NCBI GenBank assembly: GCA_030527165.1
Contig: JAUNBH010000002.1
Location: 22,243-86,242, forward strand
Direction of reading: 5' to 3'
DNA from: Clostridia bacterium
GTDB taxonomy: Bacteria > Bacillota > Clostridia > Christensenellales > CAG-138
Length of the DNA: 64,000 nucleotides
Both the position numbers and the translations under genes were made by a program. Below, piece by piece: positions 19,700 to 28,883 of this stretch. Position 1 is the first letter of the stretch, and each line of letters starts with the position of its first letter. Under the pieces are notes generated by a model. It made no database searches. It was given only the letters and a program-made list of their open reading frames with translations, and had not been told where the DNA came from.

Positions 19700-20202
19700 C
19701 ACATCTGCAGCTGCCCGCGGTCGCTTCTGCCGGCAATGCGTCACAGCTTGCGGGGGCAGTCAGAGGGGCGGAGCTGCTTTTCGCTGCCGGGCTTCGCATA
19801 AAGCGCGTCGGCCTTGCAGAAGTCACCTTTGCGCACGCCCTGCAGACATTCAGCCTTGACGCTCCAAACCGGGCCGCGGCACACGCAATGTGATCGGGGA
19901 GGCCGTTATCATCTGTTTTCAAGAGAACATTTACCAAAGGGTCTTTTTGCGAATTGCTACACTTTCTTGTCGGGCAGCTTTGCCACTCCATCAGAGGGGT
20001 GAACTGAGCCAAAAAGGAGCACCCTCGGAAAGCGCACGACTGCCGATAGGCAGTACCACCGCCGGCTTTGCCGGTGGTGAGTAAGTGCGCCCTTTATGGG
20101 ATAAAAACTACACAGGCATTGTAATCGGGATGACACTTCGCTATAAGTGTTATAGAATAGAGGGGCAGACAAATTGGAATCTATCAAAGGAGGGTGTGCT
20201 AT

Positions 20203-20649
20203 ATGCAATTTTATGACACCGATTTTTTACGAAACGATGAAATTAAATTAGTCGTCAAGCAATTAGCTGATGCAAACCCAAGTAGAAATTGGGTGCCTGC
20301 GTATCATTTTCTGATATGCAATTTACAGGGAGATATAATGGGCAAATGTGATTTGCGGATTGGATATACGGACGGACTTTACTATGGTGGGCATATAGGA
20401 TATGCCATTAAAGAGGAATATAGAGGGCATCATTATGCTGCGAAAGCGTGTAAGCTCCTATTCTCCTTAGCACAAACGCACGATATGCGTTATTTGTATA
20501 TCACCTGTAACCCCGATAATTTGGCATCTCGGAAAACTTGTGAGTATCTGCAAGGAAGTTTTCTTGGTATAGCGGAATTGCCCGAAGATAGTGATATGCG
20601 TATAAATGATGGTGAAACACAGAAGTGTGTTTTCAAGTTTACTCTATAA
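20203..20649 (+). CDS. GNAT-family N-acetyltransferase (in a low-GC islet)
   Basis: …IGYAIKEEYRGHHYAAKACKLLF… acetyl-CoA-binding core. The ATG at 20203 is 10 nt after AGGAGG. Local GC is visibly lower than the flanks. Confidence 0.7.
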   Translation: MQFYDTDFLRNDEIKLVVKQLADANPSRNWVPAYHFLICNLQGDIMGKCDLRIGYTDGLYYGGHIGYAIKEEYRGHHYAAKACKLLFSLAQTHDMRYLYITCNPDNLASRKTCEYLQGSFLGIAELPEDSDMRINDGETQKCVFKFTL

Positions 20650-20916
20650 GTCCCAGTTTGTCATACTAATGGATAATATGATTGGAGCGACAGCACTTTG
20701 GGCTGTTGCTCCCTTGCTGCTATCCCGTTCAATCCACCTCCATTTCGACTGCATACATTCACCACAAATGAGCCGCCAGTCACTTTGTATTAGGTGGCAG
20801 AAACTACCCTTTACATAGTACTCTAATGTGTTGCTGCTTTATTAAATGTCGCCGTTTGTGTTATTATTGTAGCGTAACGAGGATTGTACGAAGAATAAAC
20901 TCAGGAGGGATTCAGC

Positions 20917-21777
20917 ATGAAGCAGGTATGGGCGATTCTTCTCGCCGCACTCATGGCGCTTTCGCTCGCCGCTTGCGGCGGAGGCGGCGCGGACACGCCG
21001 GAGGGAGCGGAATATGACGCGGAGTTTACGATATACGTCAACGGCTCGGACGAGTGGACGCCTTTCGAGGGCAAGAGCGGTGTGGCGTTTGACTACTCCG
21101 GCAGTGTGATTTCCATGACCAGCGACGCCACGACGGTCAGCTTTACGGGAAAGCAAGTGGGCGAGGCGGTCATAACCGCCGCGGTTGAAGGCGAACAGAG
21201 CCGCGCTCTCGTGCGCGTGCGGGCGATGGAGCCGGATGAGGACGAGATCCGGATTGATTACAACTACGACCCGCCGCAGGACAATTTCTGCATAGAGATA
21301 AGGTACTACGAGGCTGGGGAGACGTACAATGACATCTATGCGAAAATCGGCGCGGAGGAGGCGGGCATATACGGGTACACCGGTTGGCAGGAGTTCTATA
21401 ACATTACTACGGGCGAGTACTACACGGTTGTAGACGGCATGTGGTATGACGATGTCCTCTGGGGTTTCGATTCGTTTGCGGACATGGGGCATAATCCGCC
21501 GATAACCGAGTTTAACGAGTTTGTGGCGGCGCTGCGCCAGATGGGCTTTGACAACGGCAAGCTTGCGGATTTCTACGTGGGAACGGAGATAGTCTGCGGC
21601 GTCGAGTGCTGGGTGTTTGACACCGACGGCTGGAACGGGCAGTACGTCAAGTACTGGGTGGATCCCGCTAACGGCTGCGCGCTGAAGAAAGCGGGCACGA
21701 CCACCGATGCAGTGTACGAGGTAGTAAGATACGAGCTCGACTACACGGAGTGGGACGAGTTCTTTATACCAGGTTAA
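20917..21777 (+). CDS. Lipoprotein of unknown function
   Basis: Signal peptide with lipobox LSLAAC|GGGG and a strong RBS AGGAGGG. I recognise no motif in the mature part. Confidence 0.7.
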   Translation: MKQVWAILLAALMALSLAACGGGGADTPEGAEYDAEFTIYVNGSDEWTPFEGKSGVAFDYSGSVISMTSDATTVSFTGKQVGEAVITAAVEGEQSRALVRVRAMEPDEDEIRIDYNYDPPQDNFCIEIRYYEAGETYNDIYAKIGAEEAGIYGYTGWQEFYNITTGEYYTVVDGMWYDDVLWGFDSFADMGHNPPITEFNEFVAALRQMGFDNGKLADFYVGTEIVCGVECWVFDTDGWNGQYVKYWVDPANGCALKKAGTTTDAVYEVVRYELDYTEWDEFFIPG

Positions 21778-21793
21778 GGCGCGGCCACATGGC

Positions 21794-21833
21794 AAAAGCC
21801 GCCTCCCTCGCGCGCGCGAGGGAGGCGGCTTTT
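21794..21833. terminator. Bidirectional intrinsic terminator
   Basis: A perfect 40-nt palindrome AAAAGCCGCCTCCCTCGCGC/GCGCGAGGGAGGCGGCTTTT, with A4/T4 flanks, between convergent genes. Confidence 0.85.
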
Positions 21834-21848
21834 ATACGGCGCAGGGCG

Positions 21849-23633
21849 CTACACGAGCCAGCCGGATTGCGCGTCCCACATCTCGCGGTAGAGGCCGCGC
21901 TCATCCGCGAGCAGCTCCTCGTGGGAGCCGACTTGCACTATGGCGCCGTCGTTCATGACGGCAATCCTGTCTGCTATGCGGCACGAGCCGAGCCTGTGAG
22001 TGATTATGATAGCGGTCTTGTCCCGCGCCACTTCGATGAACTTCCGGTATACGAGAGACTCCTCGATCGGGTCTATGGCGGCGGTGGGCTCGTCGAGTAT
22101 TATCAGCTCATGCTGCCTGTACAGGCCGCGGGCGATAGCCACGCGCTGCCACTGCCCGCCGGATATGTCCACGCCCCCGAACTCTTTGGAGAGCAGCGTG
22201 TCCGCGCCGTCAGGGAAGGAGTCTCCGTTTACGTCCACATTGCCGTCACGCAGCGCCTCGTCTATGGGCGCGTCGGAGTGCGTATCGCCGAGCCGTATGT
22301 TCCTCTCGAGCGTCATTTTGTATTTCCCGTAGTCCTGGAACACTGCGGATGTGTTTGCGAATAGCGATTTCGGGTCTATGACTGACGTGGGCGTTCCCGA
22401 GAACAGTACCTCGCCCTGGGTGGGAGTGAATATTCCGGTGATGAGCTTGACGAGCGTGCTCTTGCCTGCGCCGTTGAGCCCGACTATGGCGAGCGTTTCA
22501 CGCGGCGCTATGTCGAGGTTGACATCGTGCAGACAGTCCCGCTCCGAACCGGGGTAGCGGAAGCACACGCCGCGCAGCGCTATGCCGTCGGAGGCGTCCG
22601 CGTGCGCGTCGCCCTCGCGCTCGGGCGCATCGAGAAGCGTTATCACGTTGGCGGCGAGCGAGCGCTCCTCCATCACCTGGCCGAGGTTTTGCTGCACCAT
22701 TTCCTGAATCAGGTCGAACATGCTGCTTATGGACGTAAATACGACTGCGAACTCGCCCACGCGGATGGCGCCCTCCTGAAGTGCGACCACCAGCAGGTAC
22801 GTCATCAGCGCGTACGCCGCTATGGTAAGCAGCTGTATGCTCATCTCCGCCAGGCCCGCCTTGCGGTGCGTCTTCCAGGTGAGTTTGTTCAGCGCAGCCA
22901 CGGATTCCGAGTACAGCCGCCGGAAGAAGCCGAAGCAGCCCAGCAGGCGCGTCTCCTTGAAGAACTCTATGTGTCCCGCAAAGCGCTCGTAATAGTCTAC
23001 CTTGCGGCGCATCGGTGCGGAGGCGCTTTCGAGGTCGGCGAAGAACTTCACCTTGACCAGCTGGGCGGTAATTACCGGCACGAACACCACGAGCGGCATT
23101 ATCGCCAGTATGGGCTTGAGTGAGTAGAGGTACGCCGTCATGCCGATTATTCCAGGGATGTAGCCGAACACGACGAGCAAAAGTATGCTTATGAGCGCAC
23201 TCGCGACAAAGGCTCCGTTTTCCGCCTTGTTAAGCGCGTCCAGCGTCTCGGGCATCTCAAACCTGATCGTAGGCAGCTTGCTCGCCTTGTCCTGGAGCTT
23301 CAGCAGTATGCCGTGGCTGGAGCGGCGCATCAGATCCCCCATATAGAGGTTGACGACGCTATTGAGCAGCGGCGTGGCGACTATTACCGCCAGTACCACG
23401 CCAAGCCACACTATCGACATAACGTAGCTGCCGGAGGTTATAGCTGCTTCCACGGAGTTAAACAGCTGCGCCGTGGCGAAGGTCATGACCACTTCGAGCG
23501 TGAGCAGCGTGAACGAGCTCAGCATGGCGAGCGCATACCTTCCGCCCAGGCCCTTGAAGGCGAGCGGCGCTATGCGTGAGACCAGCTTGAAGAGCGACAT
23601 AGGGGCGCCGTTTTTCTTACTCATATGTACCAA
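21849..23633 (-). CDS. ABC exporter, fused permease/ATPase (heterodimer partner B)
   Basis: N-terminal six-TM domain, Walker A GLNGAGKST, signature ISGGQWQRVA and Walker B IILDEPTAAID. Confidence 0.88.
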   Translation of the reverse strand: MVHMSKKNGAPMSLFKLVSRIAPLAFKGLGGRYALAMLSSFTLLTLEVVMTFATAQLFNSVEAAITSGSYVMSIVWLGVVLAVIVATPLLNSVVNLYMGDLMRRSSHGILLKLQDKASKLPTIRFEMPETLDALNKAENGAFVASALISILLLVVFGYIPGIIGMTAYLYSLKPILAIMPLVVFVPVITAQLVKVKFFADLESASAPMRRKVDYYERFAGHIEFFKETRLLGCFGFFRRLYSESVAALNKLTWKTHRKAGLAEMSIQLLTIAAYALMTYLLVVALQEGAIRVGEFAVVFTSISSMFDLIQEMVQQNLGQVMEERSLAANVITLLDAPEREGDAHADASDGIALRGVCFRYPGSERDCLHDVNLDIAPRETLAIVGLNGAGKSTLVKLITGIFTPTQGEVLFSGTPTSVIDPKSLFANTSAVFQDYGKYKMTLERNIRLGDTHSDAPIDEALRDGNVDVNGDSFPDGADTLLSKEFGGVDISGGQWQRVAIARGLYRQHELIILDEPTAAIDPIEESLVYRKFIEVARDKTAIIITHRLGSCRIADRIAVMNDGAIVQVGSHEELLADERGLYREMWDAQSGWLV

Positions 23634-25411
23634 CTCCTTTGACTCTCAAACATGGTGGCGTAAAGACCGTTCAACGCCATCAGCTCATCAAAACTCCCGC
23701 TTTCCACGACCTTGCCGCCGTCCAATACGAATATCGTATCCGCGAGCTTAGTCGAACCCAGGCGGTGGCTTATGAGCACCGTCGTATGTCCGCTGCTAAT
23801 AGTGCGGAAGTTCTCGTAGACTTCGCTCTCGGCTATGGGGTCGAGCGCCGCCGTGGGTTCGTCGAGTATCTTCACCTGCGCCGGACTGATTATGCAGCGC
23901 GCCATGGCTATGCGCTGCCACTCGCCTCCGGACACGTCCACGCCGTTCTCCTCGAGCTTGCCTATGTGCGCATCAAGCCCGTTTTTCTCTATCAGCTCGT
24001 CGAGCCCCGCGCTGTGGGCGGCTTCGAGCACGGCGGCTTCGTCTGCTCGCTCGTCTCCGAGCGCTATGTTTTCCTTAAACGATATGTGGTAGCGCGCAAA
24101 GTCCTGGAACACGCACGCGAAGTACGCCTTTAGCTGTGCGGGGGTGTACTCGCGCAGCTCCACGCCGTTTAGGAGTATCTGCCCCTCGTACTCCCGGTAT
24201 AACCCCGTCACGAGTTTGGTTATGGTGGTCTTGCCCGCGCCGTTGGCGCCGACAAACGCATAGTGCCCGCCGCGCCGCATGGTAAAAGACAGTCCGTTTA
24301 GCACGGGGTGTTCGCCCGTGGGATATGTAAAGCGCACGTCGCGGAACTCCAGGCTCTCGAAGGGCGCAATGTCCCTGTCGGGAGCGGCGCTCGTGCTGTC
24401 GTCGGAGGGCATGTGTACATACCGCGTGAGATCCTGCATGTACTTATTGCATTCGGCCGCTATGCGGATGTTGTTTATCAGCGTCCAGCGCATAAGGCTT
24501 ATTACGGTCGCCAGCGCGTTAAACAGTCCTATGAACATGCCGAAAGAAATCGCCCCTGACAGCGCTGGTATGAGCAGCAGCCCCATGCACGCCGCGCTCA
24601 CCGCGCCCACGACTATGCTGTTCATGTTCATGCTTGCAAAGGCGGCCTTGTGCGCCTTGAACTCCTTGTCCAGCATGTGATTGCTCTGCTGCCGGTAATC
24701 CTCGCGCACCGCGTCCGTGTAGCCGAATACCGTGCGCTCTGCCGCAGTCTCGCGGAATGTCAGCACTTCGTTGAGATAGGTAGTCTTTCTGTATTCATTG
24801 GACACGTCCGCGAATGCGTCGTAGTTCTTCTCGCCGCTCTTCATGGAGAGCAGCACGAGTGGCACGAGCGCGACGCATATGAGCAGCGCCACCCACCAGA
24901 CTTGCGCGGCTATTAACGTGGTGACGCTGATTATAGTCACCGCGGCGGATATGAGCAGCACCAATGCGCTGGCGTATGTAGCCATGGCGGCTTCGGGCGA
25001 CTTGTACTCATTGGGCGTGTTCAGCCGGCGCATAACGTCCCAGTCGTCGGAGTTCTCGATGCACTTGTAGTCGAGGCGCGCCCGCCTGTCCAGCAGCGCC
25101 GTGCGGAATCGCAGCCGCAGGTCGTTTTGAAACAGCGTCCGCAGCAGCGTGAGCAGCTTTGGTTGGAACAGCGAGTACGCAATGGTCAGCAGCAACAGCA
25201 GCAGCGGCTCGAATATCAGCTCAAACGCCGCTTCGCCCTGCGCGGCCGCGATTGCCGCGTCCACAAACTGCGCCGTAAGCGTCACAGATACTGCCGGTAT
25301 AAACGCCTTGCCGAGCGTCAGCAGCGTGCGCAGCGGGAATATGACGGGCGAGCAACGCAGCGAAATGCCTATGCAGTCCAGTACCGTGTATTTACGGGTT
25401 CTAAGTTTCAA
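23621..25411 (-). CDS. ABC exporter, fused permease/ATPase (heterodimer partner A)
   Basis: Walker A GANGAGKTT, signature VSGGEWQRIA and Walker B ILDEPTAALD. I set the start at the TTG at 25411, 4 nt after GGAGGTG. The 117-codon upstream extension runs through a GC-rich hairpin tract and is rejected. Confidence 0.85.
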   Translation of the reverse strand: MKLRTRKYTVLDCIGISLRCSPVIFPLRTLLTLGKAFIPAVSVTLTAQFVDAAIAAAQGEAAFELIFEPLLLLLLTIAYSLFQPKLLTLLRTLFQNDLRLRFRTALLDRRARLDYKCIENSDDWDVMRRLNTPNEYKSPEAAMATYASALVLLISAAVTIISVTTLIAAQVWWVALLICVALVPLVLLSMKSGEKNYDAFADVSNEYRKTTYLNEVLTFRETAAERTVFGYTDAVREDYRQQSNHMLDKEFKAHKAAFASMNMNSIVVGAVSAACMGLLLIPALSGAISFGMFIGLFNALATVISLMRWTLINNIRIAAECNKYMQDLTRYVHMPSDDSTSAAPDRDIAPFESLEFRDVRFTYPTGEHPVLNGLSFTMRRGGHYAFVGANGAGKTTITKLVTGLYREYEGQILLNGVELREYTPAQLKAYFACVFQDFARYHISFKENIALGDERADEAAVLEAAHSAGLDELIEKNGLDAHIGKLEENGVDVSGGEWQRIAMARCIISPAQVKILDEPTAALDPIAESEVYENFRTISSGHTTVLISHRLGSTKLADTIFVLDGGKVVESGSFDELMALNGLYATMFESQRSWYI

Positions 25412-25543
25412 TCCGCACCTCCGGTGTATTTTTCGCTCGATTGTAGCATTGCAGGCATATGGCGCGCAAGCAAACCCGGGTTGCGTGCCGTTTGCGGCCG
25501 GCAACTTTGGGTTGCGCGCCCCCGCCCACCCACCCACAAGGTA

Positions 25544-25670
25544 GCTTCCCGCTACCGCGGGAAGCCTCAGGCGCGGCGGAACGGCTGCGCCGTTCCGCGG
25601 GCGCACTGCGCGCGCCCGCCCGCGCGCTGACGCGCGCGCCGCGCCCGTCGCCACCCCCTCGCGGGGGCGA
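25544..25670. repeat. Array of four GC-rich perfect hairpins in a non-coding spacer
   Basis: GCTTCCCGC-tacc-GCGGGAAGC (25544-25565); GCGGAACGGC-tgc-GCCGTTCCGC (25576-25598); CGCGCGC-tgac-GCGCGCG (25621-25638); CCCCC-tcgc-GGGGG (25654-25667). Confidence 0.6.
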
Positions 25671-25898
25671 ACGGCCATCCGCAGCCGATGCGAAAAAGAG
25701 CGAGATTTGTCGATAATTTGCGGGTTTTTTCCATGCCGCAAAAGTGGCGTGTAAAGCGACATTTTTAGTCCTCGTGTGCGCTTGAAATTGTTAGTTAACT
25801 GCGGTAACCTAAAAACTCTAAATTCTTAAATTCAAACGCTGAAACGCCGTGGCGAGTATTTTTTGCGGCAGGCGGCGGGAATAGGAGCGCAAGAGAAT

Positions 25899-26507
25899 AT
25901 GGAGCCGCGGCGCAGAACCGGATTCAAGGTCGTATACGCTTTCATCAGCGCTTTTATCACATGTGTTGTGGTGCTGTTGGCGATTCTGTTGGTGGGCGTG
26001 CGCCTGGTGGGGCTGCAGCCCTTTGCGGTGCTCTCCGGCAGCATGGAGCCGGAGTATCCTACCGGCTCGCTGATATATGTGCGCGAGTGCGCCGCTGCCG
26101 ACGTGCAGGTGGGCGACCCCATCACGTTCGTGCTAAACGAGGATCTGGTGATAGCCACCCACCGCGTGATAGCCATAGACGCAGAGAACCAGCATTTCTA
26201 CACCAAGGGTGACGCCAACGACTCCGCGGACGGCGCGCCCGTACACTTCAACAATCTCATAGGCGTGCCGGTAATGTTCGTGCCATACATGGGGTATGTC
26301 GCGGATTTCGTGACCAACCCGCCGGGGCTGTACATAACCATTTGCGTGGGCGTACTGCTGCTGCTGTGGGTTTTTGTGCCGGACATAGTCAAGAAGCTGG
26401 ATGCGAAGGAAAAGGCGGCGCAGACCGTCGGCGAGCAGGCGGCGCAGGAGGCCTCCGCAGCGGACGCGGCGGAGCCGGCAGAGGACGATATATCGCCAAA
26501 GGGCTGA
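25899..26507 (+). CDS. sipW: Signal peptidase I, SipW-like (ER/archaeal type)
   Basis: N-terminal TM, catalytic-Ser box LSGSMEP, …VIATHRVI… (His box) and …YTKGDANDSADG…, then a C-terminal TM followed by an acidic tail. The start is uncertain (ATG 25899 versus TTG 25863). Confidence 0.8.
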   Translation: MEPRRRTGFKVVYAFISAFITCVVVLLAILLVGVRLVGLQPFAVLSGSMEPEYPTGSLIYVRECAAADVQVGDPITFVLNEDLVIATHRVIAIDAENQHFYTKGDANDSADGAPVHFNNLIGVPVMFVPYMGYVADFVTNPPGLYITICVGVLLLLWVFVPDIVKKLDAKEKAAQTVGEQAAQEASAADAAEPAEDDISPKG

Positions 26508-26538
26508 TATATAAACGTAGAAAGAGGAGGAACACAAA

Positions 26539-27189
26539 ATGAAGAAGAGAACAGCGGTTATGCTCATCGCGCTCGTCGCGGTGATAGGAATCGCAGCAGG
26601 CGGAACGCTGGCATACCTGACTTCCCAGGAAACTGTCACAAACACGTTCACCGTCGGTGACGTCGATGTTACGCTCGATGAAGCCAAGGTCGATGCATAC
26701 GGTGTAGTGCTTACAGGCGAAGAAGCTGCCCGCGTAAAGGCAAACGAATACAAGCTCATCCCTGGTCACAAGTACGCCAAGGATCCCACAGTGCATGTTC
26801 AGCCTGGCAGCGAGGCGAGCTACATCTTCATAAGAGTGGACAACGGCATAGCGGACATTGAAGCTCCTACTGTAGAAGGTGGTTACCAGAACATTGCCGC
26901 TCAGATAGCGGACAATCGGTGGACGGCGCTCACGGGCGTTGATGGCGTCTACTATAAGCAGGTCAATGCCAACACTGGAACTACTGCAGTGGACTACCAG
27001 GTATTTGGTGAGTTCGCTATCGACGAGGATGTAAGGCACCCGAAGCCTGATCCGGCTGAAGAAGGAGTCTTCTACCTTGCGGATTATGCTGACGCCGAAA
27101 TCGTCGTCACGGCCTACGTCATCCAGGCGGAAGGGTTTGATACTGCAGCAGACGCTTGGACAGCAGGATGGCAAGGCGGTTGGTCTTAA
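26539..27189 (+). CDS. TasA/camelysin-like secreted protein with SipW-cognate signal peptide (paralogue 1; candidate major fibre subunit)
   Basis: MKKR…IAAGGTLAYLTSQETVTNTFTVGDVDVTLDE is comparable to B. subtilis TasA …GGGTWAAFND…FASGTLDL. The C-terminal strand is …VTAYVIQAEGF…. RBS GAGGAGG. It is the first gene after sipW. Confidence 0.75.
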   Translation: MKKRTAVMLIALVAVIGIAAGGTLAYLTSQETVTNTFTVGDVDVTLDEAKVDAYGVVLTGEEAARVKANEYKLIPGHKYAKDPTVHVQPGSEASYIFIRVDNGIADIEAPTVEGGYQNIAAQIADNRWTALTGVDGVYYKQVNANTGTTAVDYQVFGEFAIDEDVRHPKPDPAEEGVFYLADYADAEIVVTAYVIQAEGFDTAADAWTAGWQGGWS

Positions 27190-27338
27190 TCACAGCCGTA
27201 ACTTCGCTCGCTGAGCGAACACACAAACACACAAACACACTGATCCAAACCTGCGCGACAGTTGCCTGCCGCGCAGCGCAGGCATAGGCCTGCCAAACCA
27301 TAACACCAAAACAAACAACAAAAAGGAGAAATGCAACA

Positions 27339-28172
27339 ATGAAGAAGAAGCTAATAGCAATCAGCTTGGCAGTCGCGATTCTCGCGGTAACGGCGATAGG
27401 CGTTTCAATCGCTTACTTCACGGATACCGATAACGAGACCAACACCTTCACCATGGGCAATGTCATTATTGATTTGATAGAGCAGCAGAGGGACGAAGAA
27501 GGTACTGCGTTGGAGACTTTTGAACAGGATAAGTTCCTGGTACCCATCGTGGGTAGCGCGCAGGATCCTGCTGATGCGAATGGTCTGCCGACCGCCGCTA
27601 ACTATGTTGACAAGGTCGTCACCGTAGAGAACACGGGTTCTTTGGACGCGTATGTCCGCGCCTACTTCGCTATACCAGCCGTATTGGATAATACAACTGA
27701 CGCCGGTTTGAACATACTCCACTTCAACTTTGGAACCAGGCCGGCAGAGGCAGACGACAATGATCAGAACAATGACGGCTGGGTGTCCACAGGCGCGAAT
27801 GACAGGTGGATATGGCAGAACGCTGACGGCAGCTGGAAGTCCTTCGATACGACTATCGACGGCATACTGTACAACGTATACTATGCTGACTATTATCAGA
27901 CTCTTGCTCCGGAAGCTACCACAGAGCGGTTTGTAAATGGCGTGTACCTCGATGCCAACGTTATTAACATTGGACAAAACGCAGATGGTACTTCTTTCAT
28001 AACCATCAAGAGGCCCGGTGCTACGACTGAGACTGTTGTGCAGCTGGGATTTGACATCGGAGACGGTGTAAGCTGCCCCGTGTTCGCAATAGCCTGCCAG
28101 GCGGCCGGTTTTGCAACTGCTGAGGAGGCGTTTACCGCGTCCTTTGGCGCAAACTACAACCCCTGGGCGTAA
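27339..28172 (+). CDS. TasA/camelysin-like secreted protein with SipW-cognate signal peptide (paralogue 2)
   Basis: MKKK…AIGVSIAYFTDTDNETNTFTMGNVIIDLIE, the …VENTGSLDAYVRAYFAIP… core, and C-terminal …FAIACQAAGF…. Confidence 0.75.
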   Translation: MKKKLIAISLAVAILAVTAIGVSIAYFTDTDNETNTFTMGNVIIDLIEQQRDEEGTALETFEQDKFLVPIVGSAQDPADANGLPTAANYVDKVVTVENTGSLDAYVRAYFAIPAVLDNTTDAGLNILHFNFGTRPAEADDNDQNNDGWVSTGANDRWIWQNADGSWKSFDTTIDGILYNVYYADYYQTLAPEATTERFVNGVYLDANVINIGQNADGTSFITIKRPGATTETVVQLGFDIGDGVSCPVFAIACQAAGFATAEEAFTASFGANYNPWA

Positions 28173-28325
28173 TATATGCGGCTCTTACGCTGCCTAACCC
28201 CACGCGGGTTGCGCAGCGCTACCCGAGCAGGAACGGGCGCACAGTCTGCGGGGGAGACCCCGCGGGCCGCGCGCCCGCCGGTGAACACACCGGGTGCAAT
28301 CTGATTTAGGAGGAAAGAGTACAAC

Positions 28326-28883
28326 ATGAAGAAGAAACTCATAATAATCGCCTCCGTAGTGTGCTGTATCGCCCTGGCTGCGACCGGCACCATTGCGTAC
28401 TTCACGGCGGAGGATACCGCCCAGAACAGGATAACCACGGGCGATGTAGCCATAGAGGTAGAGGAGCTGGATGCGGACGGCGATCCGTTTGTAGACGTCA
28501 TAGACGTGATGCCGGGCGACTCGGTAACCAAGATAGCTCAGGTCAGGAACACCGGCAGCAATGCCGTGTGGGTGCGCGTAAGCGTCGAGCTGGCGATAGA
28601 GCTTGCCGAGGGTATCGAGGGCACGCCGGACACGAGTCTCGTTACGCTCGATTACAACACGACGGACTGGACTCTTGGCACTGACGGCTATTACTACTAC
28701 AACAGCATACTCGAGCCCGGCGAAGTGACCGAGCCGCTGTTTACAACGGTGACGTTTGACCTGGAGGACATGGGCAACATGTACATGAATGCGACGGCGG
28801 TCATAGACGTCTACGCATACGCAACGCAGGCCGCGAACAACGGCGCTACCGTATTTGAGGCTCAGGGCTGGCCCGAACCGTAA
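28326..28883 (+). CDS. TasA/camelysin-like secreted protein with SipW-cognate signal peptide (paralogue 3)
   Basis: MKKK…AATGTIAYFTAEDTAQNRITTGDVAIEVEE, then …VMPGDSVTKIAQVRNTGSNAVWVRVSVE… and …YAYATQAANNG…. Confidence 0.75.
   Translation: MKKKLIIIASVVCCIALAATGTIAYFTAEDTAQNRITTGDVAIEVEELDADGDPFVDVIDVMPGDSVTKIAQVRNTGSNAVWVRVSVELAIELAEGIEGTPDTSLVTLDYNTTDWTLGTDGYYYYNSILEPGEVTEPLFTTVTFDLEDMGNMYMNATAVIDVYAYATQAANNGATVFEAQGWPEP

Noticed and set aside
19533-20012. A 159-aa minus-strand ORF spanning the ligase terminator region.
   Set aside because: It overlaps the 3' end of the acyl-CoA ligase gene and its terminator, has no RBS, and its C-terminal two-thirds is Ala/Pro/Arg noise. Only a short Cys-rich stretch in a different frame looks protein-like, and that is reported as a possible remnant.
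19890-20190. A possible riboswitch or structured leader upstream of the low-GC GNAT gene (hairpins, GGAAAGCGCACG segment).
   Set aside because: I could not match it to any riboswitch consensus I know (c-di-GMP I/II, guanidine, PRPP and others). It is left as unexplained non-coding DNA.
25412-25762. An upstream extension of the ABC exporter ORF through the GC-rich tract.
   Set aside because: It translates to Arg/Ala/Pro runs, and a TTG start with GGAGGTG at 25411 gives a normal-length half-transporter.
27219-27240. The (ACACACAA)n repeat, considered as a CRISPR-like or phase-variable microsatellite.
   Set aside because: There are only about 2.5 units, it is intergenic, and there are no spacers or cas genes. 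It is too short to be called a slippage tract.
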